DNA of 32,000 nucleotides from Flavobacteriaceae bacterium (GTDB lineage: Bacteria > Bacteroidota > Bacteroidia > Flavobacteriales > Flavobacteriaceae). Position numbers and translations under genes: made by a program. This document shows positions 26,053 through 32,000 of this stretch, one piece after another. The notes under the pieces are model-generated. The model saw only the letters and a list, made by a program, of their open reading frames with translations, made no database searches and had not been told where the DNA came from. How positions within the stretch are numbered: the stretch's first letter is position 1; every line of letters begins with the position of its first letter. The stretch is taken from positions 3,210,001 to 3,242,000 of the forward strand of contig OZ245049.1 in the NCBI GenBank assembly GCA_965224465.1, given 5' to 3'.

Positions 26053-26307
26053 ATGAAATTTAAGTTAACCTGTGATGAAGCAACTGCTATTTGTACTAAA
26101 AACCAATATGGAGAAGCTTCTTTTGGAGAGAAATTCAGGATGTTATTTCACGTCATCTTTTGTCCTGTTTGTCGATTGTATTCAAAGCAAAACAGCATTG
26201 TTACAACATGTGTGTCTCAAATAAAAAAGAAGAAGCTACCACGTAGTTGCCTAAATGCCTTAGAAAAGCAAGAAATGGATTTAAAAATTAAAGAACAAGT
26301 AGAATAG
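26053..26307 (+). CDS. Putative zinc-binding (ZAS-type) anti-sigma factor, soluble (84 aa)
   Basis: It starts 14 nt after the sigma-factor stop. It has an H33-x3-C37-x2-C40 motif (HVIFCPVC) with an upstream Cys7 at a spacing similar to RsrA-type ZAS proteins. No TM segment is seen. Confidence 0.6.
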   Translation: MKFKLTCDEATAICTKNQYGEASFGEKFRMLFHVIFCPVCRLYSKQNSIVTTCVSQIKKKKLPRSCLNALEKQEMDLKIKEQVE

Positions 26308-26335
26308 TATATCTTTGTACTCTTAAATTTTTACC

Positions 26336-26977
26336 ATGCACTTTTTATCAGAGGAATTGGATGATTATATTGTAGATCATTCAGAAAACGAGCCGAAATT
26401 ATTAAGAGAGTTAAATAGAGAGACTTGGCAAAAAGTGTTGAATCCACGTATGCTGAGTGGCGTGTACCAAGGGCGAGTCTTGTCTATATTATCCAAATTA
26501 ATTCGTCCAAAAAACATCTTAGAGTTAGGGACTTATACAGGTTATTCTGCTCTGTGCTTAGCCGAGGGAATGCGAAATGATGGAGTGCTACATACGATAG
26601 ATCACAATGAAGAATTGTATGATTTACAACAAAAATATTTTAAAAAATCAGAATTTACGGAGCAGATTGTACAACATTTAGGGACAGCTGTTGATATAAT
26701 CCCAACCATAGATTGTACTTTTGATTTGGTATTTATAGATGCAGATAAACCAAATTATGTAAATTATTTTAATCTTATTATTGGAAAGATGAACCCTGGA
26801 GGTGTCATTCTTTCAGACAACGTGCTTTGGACAGGTAAAGTCATAGAACCTTTAGACCCAAAGGATCAATCTACAAAAGTACTTTTAGAGTACAATAAAT
26901 TGTTGAAAAATGATCCTCGCATAGAAACAGTTCTATTGCCTATTCGTGATGGGTTAACTATAAGTAGGGTACGGTAA
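26336..26977 (+). CDS. Class I SAM-dependent O-methyltransferase (family 3, caffeoyl-CoA OMT-like, 213 aa)
   Basis: Motif I ILELGTYTGYSAL, FIDADK, and a GGVILSDNVLW tail typical of this family. Confidence 0.85.
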   Translation: MHFLSEELDDYIVDHSENEPKLLRELNRETWQKVLNPRMLSGVYQGRVLSILSKLIRPKNILELGTYTGYSALCLAEGMRNDGVLHTIDHNEELYDLQQKYFKKSEFTEQIVQHLGTAVDIIPTIDCTFDLVFIDADKPNYVNYFNLIIGKMNPGGVILSDNVLWTGKVIEPLDPKDQSTKVLLEYNKLLKNDPRIETVLLPIRDGLTISRVR

Positions 26978-26981
26978 ATGT

Positions 26982-27650
26982 TTATTTTCCAGCTACGATT
27001 AAAACAAATTCTCCTCTTGGAGCTTTTATTTCGAAATGATTGATTACTTCTACAAGTGTGCCTCTTACGGTTTCTTCGTATAGTTTTGTAAGCTCTCTTG
27101 AAACAGATATTTGCCTGTCTTCTCCGAAATATTCTATAAAGTGAGTCAGTGTTTTTAATAGTTTATGTGGAGATTCATAAAAAATGATTGTACGTGTTTC
27201 TTCCGCTAAAAAAAGCAATCTTGTTTGACGTCCTTTTTTTACAGGTAAAAAACCTTCAAAGACAAATTTATCGTTGGGAAGGCCACTGTTTACAAGTGCA
27301 GGGACAAAAGCAGTTGCGCCAGGTAAACACTCGATAGCGATCCCTTCTTTTACACAGGCTCTTGTTAATAAAAATCCAGGGTCTGAAATGGCGGGAGTTC
27401 CAGCATCGGATATCATTGCAATGGATTCACCACCTTTCAATCGATCTATAATACGCATTAAAACTTTATGCTCATTGTGCATGTGGTAACTTTGCATTTG
27501 AGTACTTATTTCATAATGTTTTAAAAGTTTCCCAGAGGTACGTGTGTCTTCCGCAAGAATCAAGTCTACCTCGTTTAAAATTTCAACAGCCCTAAAAGTC
27601 ATGTCTTTTAAATTTCCAATAGGGGTGGGTACTAAATATAATTTTGACAT
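26982..27650 (-). CDS. rsmI: 16S rRNA (cytidine1402-2'-O)-methyltransferase (222 aa)
   Basis: LYLVPTPIGNLKDMTFRA, AEDTR and SDAGTPAISDPG, a tetrapyrrole-methylase-fold RsmI signature. Confidence 0.9.
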   Translation of the reverse strand: MSKLYLVPTPIGNLKDMTFRAVEILNEVDLILAEDTRTSGKLLKHYEISTQMQSYHMHNEHKVLMRIIDRLKGGESIAMISDAGTPAISDPGFLLTRACVKEGIAIECLPGATAFVPALVNSGLPNDKFVFEGFLPVKKGRQTRLLFLAEETRTIIFYESPHKLLKTLTHFIEYFGEDRQISVSRELTKLYEETVRGTLVEVINHFEIKAPRGEFVLIVAGK

Positions 27651-27656
27651 AAGGTT

Positions 27657-30275
27657 TTATTTTTTAACAAGCATTCGTTTAATTTCGTTCAATTTCATCA
27701 AGGCTTCAATAGGGGTTAATGTATCAATATTAGTAGCTAATATTTCTTCTTTTATACCTTCTAGTAAAGGGTCGTCTAGCTTAAAAAAGCTCAACTGCAT
27801 AGCATCCTCTTCTACTGTTTTTGCTAGGGTATTTTTAATGTCTTCCGAAGTGTGATTTTTTTCTAATTGTTGAAGCATTTTACTGGCTCTATTAACTACA
27901 GAAGTAGGCATCCCAGCAAGTTTAGCTACATATATACCAAAACTGTGAGCGCTACCTCCAGGGACTAGTTTACGTAAAAATAACACTTTGTCTTTTAGTT
28001 CTTTTACGGATACGTTAAAGTTTTTGATGCGGTTAAATGTGTTGGACATATCATTTAACTCATGGTAATGCGTAGCAAAGAGTGTCTTAGCGTTGGAAGG
28101 GTGTTCGTGCAAGTATTCTGCAATTGCCCATGCGATAGAAATACCATCATAAGTACTGGTTCCTCTACCAATTTCATCTAATAAAACCAAGCTGCGTTCA
28201 GAAATATTATTCAAAATACTAGCCGTTTCATTCATTTCAACCATAAAAGTAGATTCTCCTAAAGAGATATTATCACTAGCGCCAACCCTAGTAAAAATTT
28301 TGTCTACAATTCCTATTCGGGCGCTTTCTGCGGGGACATAACTCCCCATTTGAGCTAATAATACAATAAGTGCTGTTTGTCTTAAGATGGCTGATTTCCC
28401 ACTCATGTTGGGCCCTGTAATCATGATGATTTGCTGTTGATTTCGATTTAAAATCACATTATTGGCAATATAATCTTCACCAATAGGCAGTTGTTTTTCA
28501 ATTACAGGATGTCGTCCATTTTTTATATCAATGTCTGTAGTATCGTCTATTTGAGGTTGAACATAATTATTATCCATAGCCGTTTTTGCAAACGAGCACA
28601 AGCAATCTACCTGTGCAATTAATTGCGCATTTAGTTGGATAGGTTGTATAAAATCGATGAGGTAACTGGTTAAATCGTTGAAAATTTGATGTTCTAAAAC
28701 ACTTATTTTTTCCTCAGCACCTAATATTTTAGACTCGTATTCTTTTAGCTCTTCCGTGATATAACGTTCTGCGTTTACCAATGTTTGCTTTCGAATCCAT
28801 TCTTCTGGCACCTTATCTTTATGAGTATTTCTGACCTCAATATAATAGCCAAATACATTGTTAAAAGCTATTTTAAGTGAAGAGATTCCAGTGCGTTCTC
28901 TCTCTCTAGCTACCATGTCGTCCAAATAGGATTTTCCTGAATTTGAAATGGATCGCAAGTCATCTAACTCTTGTGAAACACCAGTAGCAATGGCATTCCC
29001 TTTGTTTATGTTTACGGGGGCATCTTCAAATAAAGTACTTGTTATTTTTTCTCTAAGTAAGCTGCATTCTTGTAACTGTTCTCCTATTATTTTTAACGAT
29101 TCATTGTCGCTTTTCATCGCTGCTTCTTTGATAGGAATAATAGCATTCAGCGAGTTTTTAAGAAGTATTACCTCTCTTGGATTTACTTTTTCTGTAGCTA
29201 CTTTAGAAACCAAGCGTTCAATATCACTGATCTGTTTTATTTGATAATTTGTAGTTTCGAAAAAGGATTCGTTTTTTGTAAAGTAATCTACTACATTGTG
29301 TCGTTTTTTTATCTGTGCGATTTCCTTTAGAGGTAAGGCGAGCCAACGTTTTAAAAGACGTGAGCCCATAGGGGAAATGGTTTGATCTATAATGTCTAGT
29401 AAAGTAACTGCATGTGCGCTGGTTCCTTGGTGTAATTCTAAATTTCTGATGGTGAATTTATCCATCCATACATAGTGATCCTCTTCTATTCTGTTAATAG
29501 TAGTGATGTGTTTGAGTTTGGTATGCTGTGTTTCTGATAGATAGTACAAGGCAACTCCAGAGGCTATAACTCCTTCGTTCAAGTCTTGTACTCCAAAACC
29601 TTTAAGAGAAGCAACTTTAAAATGATTGGTCAATGTTTCTATTGCGTAATCTATTTGAAACACCCAGTCATCTAAATAAAAGGTGTAAAAAGAGCTGCCA
29701 AAGCATTCGTTAAATTTAGTTTTAAATTGTTTTTGAACCAATACCTCACTAGGCTTGAAGTTTTGCAGTAATTTATCAATGTATTCTTTGGATCCTTGAG
29801 CTGTTAAAAACTCTCCAGTAGATACATCTAGAAAAGCAATTCCTAGTTGTTTTTTTCCAAAATGTACGGTGGCTAAAAAATTATTATTTTTGGCTTGTAA
29901 TACCTCGTCATTTAAAGCGACTCCTGGAGTAATGAGCTCTGTAACACCACGTTTTACGATGGTCTTTGTCATTTTAGGATCTTCCAATTGGTCACAAATT
30001 GCTACCCGCAAACCTGCTTTTACTAGTTTTGGTAAGTAGGTATTTAAGGAATGATGCGGAAAGCCAGCCAAGGCAGTTTCACTTTCACTACCAGCGCCTC
30101 TTTTTGTGAGGATTATTCCTAAAATTTTTGATGCTTTTTTTGCGTCTTCACCAAAAGTTTCATAAAAATCTCCAACTCTAAATAATAGCATTGCATCGGG
30201 GTATTTAACCTTAATGCTGTTGTATTGTTTCATTAAAGGGGTCACTTTTTTAACTTTTTCCTTAGATTTTGCCAA
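27657..30275 (-). CDS. mutS: DNA mismatch repair protein MutS (872 aa)
   Basis: TPLMKQY N-terminus, Walker [21 protein letters not shown] and ATHYHEL. The start appears to be the TTG at 30275. Confidence 0.97.
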   Translation of the reverse strand: MAKSKEKVKKVTPLMKQYNSIKVKYPDAMLLFRVGDFYETFGEDAKKASKILGIILTKRGAGSESETALAGFPHHSLNTYLPKLVKAGLRVAICDQLEDPKMTKTIVKRGVTELITPGVALNDEVLQAKNNNFLATVHFGKKQLGIAFLDVSTGEFLTAQGSKEYIDKLLQNFKPSEVLVQKQFKTKFNECFGSSFYTFYLDDWVFQIDYAIETLTNHFKVASLKGFGVQDLNEGVIASGVALYYLSETQHTKLKHITTINRIEEDHYVWMDKFTIRNLELHQGTSAHAVTLLDIIDQTISPMGSRLLKRWLALPLKEIAQIKKRHNVVDYFTKNESFFETTNYQIKQISDIERLVSKVATEKVNPREVILLKNSLNAIIPIKEAAMKSDNESLKIIGEQLQECSLLREKITSTLFEDAPVNINKGNAIATGVSQELDDLRSISNSGKSYLDDMVARERERTGISSLKIAFNNVFGYYIEVRNTHKDKVPEEWIRKQTLVNAERYITEELKEYESKILGAEEKISVLEHQIFNDLTSYLIDFIQPIQLNAQLIAQVDCLCSFAKTAMDNNYVQPQIDDTTDIDIKNGRHPVIEKQLPIGEDYIANNVILNRNQQQIIMITGPNMSGKSAILRQTALIVLLAQMGSYVPAESARIGIVDKIFTRVGASDNISLGESTFMVEMNETASILNNISERSLVLLDEIGRGTSTYDGISIAWAIAEYLHEHPSNAKTLFATHYHELNDMSNTFNRIKNFNVSVKELKDKVLFLRKLVPGGSAHSFGIYVAKLAGMPTSVVNRASKMLQQLEKNHTSEDIKNTLAKTVEEDAMQLSFFKLDDPLLEGIKEEILATNIDTLTPIEALMKLNEIKRMLVKK

Positions 30276-30299
30276 TTTTTAAGCTTTTAAATTACGAGG

Positions 30300-30307
30300 C
30301 AAAGTTA
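30300..30307 (-). promoter_or_regulatory. -7 box TAACTTTG upstream of mutS
   Basis: Exact TAnnTTTG match on the minus strand, 24 nt upstream of the mutS start. Confidence 0.4.
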
Positions 30308-30398
30308 TGCATTTGGAACAAGGCACACAAGCAGGGAAGTTGATGTTCTCAGATTTGTAGTTTGTCTTAATTTAGACAGCTTAATGAGTACAAAATTA

Positions 30399-30406
30399 TA
30401 CCTTTG
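30399..30406 (+). promoter_or_regulatory. -7 box TACCTTTG upstream of the SpoU/TrmH-family gene
   Basis: Exact TAnnTTTG match, 23 nt upstream of the ATG at 30430. Confidence 0.45.
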
Positions 30407-30429
30407 TAAAAGTTTTAAAAACGGATAGG

Positions 30430-30960
30430 ATGAGGAAGTTAAAAAACAGTGAATTGGGAAGGTTGGATGTGGACGAATTTAAACATTCAGAAAAAGTACC
30501 TTTAATTGTTGTTTTAGATAATATTAGAAGCCTAAACAATGTAGGTTCTGTTTTTAGAACAAGTGATGCCTTTTTAATAAAAAAAATCTACTTATGTGGA
30601 ATTACTGCAACGCCACCAAATAAAGAAATTCATAAAACTGCACTGGGAGCTACCGAGTCTGTAGATTGGGAGTATAGAGAAAGCACGGTTGAATTACTAC
30701 ACGAATTGAAATCGAATGATGTGAAAATTGCGTCCATTGAACAAGCCGAAAACAGTGTGAGTTTACAGGATTTTGAGCTGGATTCTAAAGACACCTATGC
30801 TATTGTGTTTGGCAATGAAGTAAAAGGAGTACAACAGGAAGTAGTTTCTATGTCAGACTATTGTATTGAAATACCACAATTCGGAACAAAGCATTCCTTA
30901 AATATATCGGTGTGTTGTGGACTTGTACTTTGGGACTTATTCAAAAAAATAAGATTTTAA
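30430..30960 (+). CDS. SpoU/TrmH-family RNA 2'-O-methyltransferase (176 aa)
   Basis: SPOUT motifs NVGSVFRTSDAF, FGNEVKGV and SLNISVCCGLVLW. Confidence 0.85.
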   Translation: MRKLKNSELGRLDVDEFKHSEKVPLIVVLDNIRSLNNVGSVFRTSDAFLIKKIYLCGITATPPNKEIHKTALGATESVDWEYRESTVELLHELKSNDVKIASIEQAENSVSLQDFELDSKDTYAIVFGNEVKGVQQEVVSMSDYCIEIPQFGTKHSLNISVCCGLVLWDLFKKIRF

Positions 30961-31154
30961 CGAAAATTGCGGATTTAGGTAAAATAAAATGTGTATTTTC
31001 ACATTTAAATTGCAAACTTTACCCAAAAAGACAATGTAATTAATTCACAAACGAATAAAAATTTGTGTCTTTTTTACGATATAAAACACGACTGTTGTTG
31101 TTGTGGAACTATAAGTATATCAAATTTTAATTGATAATCTCAAAAATAAATGAT

Positions 31155-32000
31155 ATGTTGAGAGGTATTATTGTACTGATATTTGTACAGTTTTATTGTT
31201 CCATAAGTGCTTGTAATAAGTTGTTTGTAAAAAAAACAGACAGCGTTTTGTATTGTGATTCTAAATCTAAAAAACTAGAATTCTCACAAAATAAACAATT
31301 GTTCTTTGTTAAAAAGCCTTATGATTTTGCGATTGAGGAACGTGAAACTCCGAGGGTATTAAAAACTGAATTAAATGTTAGTGACATTTATTTTCGGGGT
31401 CTTGATACGTTCCAAACTACCAAGCATCATTTGTTAGATCTGCACAGAAAGGGTTCTAAAAATAAGGATACAGTTTTTGAGATTCGCAGACTGTATAAAA
31501 TTGGCGATTATTATAGGTTTAGGAATTTTGGAGATAGTGCTTATACGTATTTTAGAGAAGGAAAAACAAAGAGCTTGAATTTAGATGATAAATTCTATGC
31601 GCAACTTGGTCTTTCTAAAATTGCGGAACTTCTTTTTGAATATGAGGATTACAAAGAGGCAGAAAATAACATTATCAAAGCAATAGCTATTTCAAGAGAG
31701 AATGATTCGTTGACAACAAAATTGTATTTTTTACAGGCAGCTGTTTATAGTGAAATGTCTGACTATGATGCCGCTTTAAATATCCTTGATCTAGTTCTCT
31801 TTAATGCAAATGAGCGTACGGATCTTTTTCTGAAAAGTGAAGTGCTTTTAAGGGAAGGAGCTATTTATCTGAAAAAAGGGGATCATAAAACGGCTTTACA
31901 GGTTTTTAACCAGGGACTTGCTTTAAAGAAGCAAGAAAACGTTCAGGATAAAACGTATGTGAAATTGATGGTAAATAGGGCGTTTTTAATGTCTAGTAAA
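31155..32000 (+). CDS. TPR-repeat protein, probable lipoprotein, 5' partial (runs off the window end)
   Basis: The frame is open from the ATG at 31155 to the window end (282 codons, checked by hand) and is absent from the ORF track because it has no stop. It has a signal peptide with lipobox SISAC, followed by TPR-like repeats (YEDYKEAENNIIKAIAI, MSDYDAALNILDLVL, KGDHKTALQVFNQGLAL). Confidence 0.7.
   Translation, partial: MLRGIIVLIFVQFYCSISACNKLFVKKTDSVLYCDSKSKKLEFSQNKQLFFVKKPYDFAIEERETPRVLKTELNVSDIYFRGLDTFQTTKHHLLDLHRKGSKNKDTVFEIRRLYKIGDYYRFRNFGDSAYTYFREGKTKSLNLDDKFYAQLGLSKIAELLFEYEDYKEAENNIIKAIAISRENDSLTTKLYFLQAAVYSEMSDYDAALNILDLVLFNANERTDLFLKSEVLLREGAIYLKKGDHKTALQVFNQGLALKKQENVQDKTYVKLMVNRAFLMSSK

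Noticed and set aside
1-32000. CRISPR arrays, tRNA/rRNA genes, and defence-system genes (nucleases, RT, Cas, TIR, STAND ATPases)
   Set aside because: There are no short regularly spaced direct repeats and no tRNA T-arm signatures such as GGTTCGAATCC. None of the translated ORFs shows defence-associated motifs. The only mobile genes are the IS66 pair.

Overview
The window is a visibly AT-rich chromosomal segment with Bacteroidota/Flavobacteriia character. TAnnTTTG -7 boxes sit about 17-25 nt upstream of several start codons, and no Shine-Dalgarno pattern is evident. Most of it is ordinary housekeeping: aspS, tatA, a PAP2 phosphatase, a flotillin/NfeD-like pair, a dipeptide epimerase, a LysE exporter, prolyl oligopeptidase, thioredoxin, panB plus a 2-hydroxyacid dehydrogenase, rsmI, mutS and a SpoU/TrmH methyltransferase. 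It also holds a 1418-aa soluble hybrid PAS/GAF histidine kinase followed by an ECF sigma factor and a ZAS-type anti-sigma factor, and a PadR-led membrane/ABC module. I see no recognisable defence system, CRISPR array, tRNA or rRNA. The unusual part is the 3.4-kb gene-poor stretch 630-4073. It holds three copies of a roughly 95-nt promoter-to-terminator unit on the minus strand, which I call a candidate multicopy sRNA. Its 53-nt core is invariant and its stems carry compensatory changes. Each copy is paired with a roughly 160-bp MITE-like repeat that has terminal inverted repeats. One of those repeats is split by an intact two-ORF IS66-family element with a perfect 8-bp target duplication. Three more copies of the MITE-like repeat lie downstream. 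Two of them are direct copies bracketing the padR-family gene, and one of these supplies that gene's last 7 codons and stop. All functional calls come from reading motifs in the translations and the DNA by eye; no searches were run.
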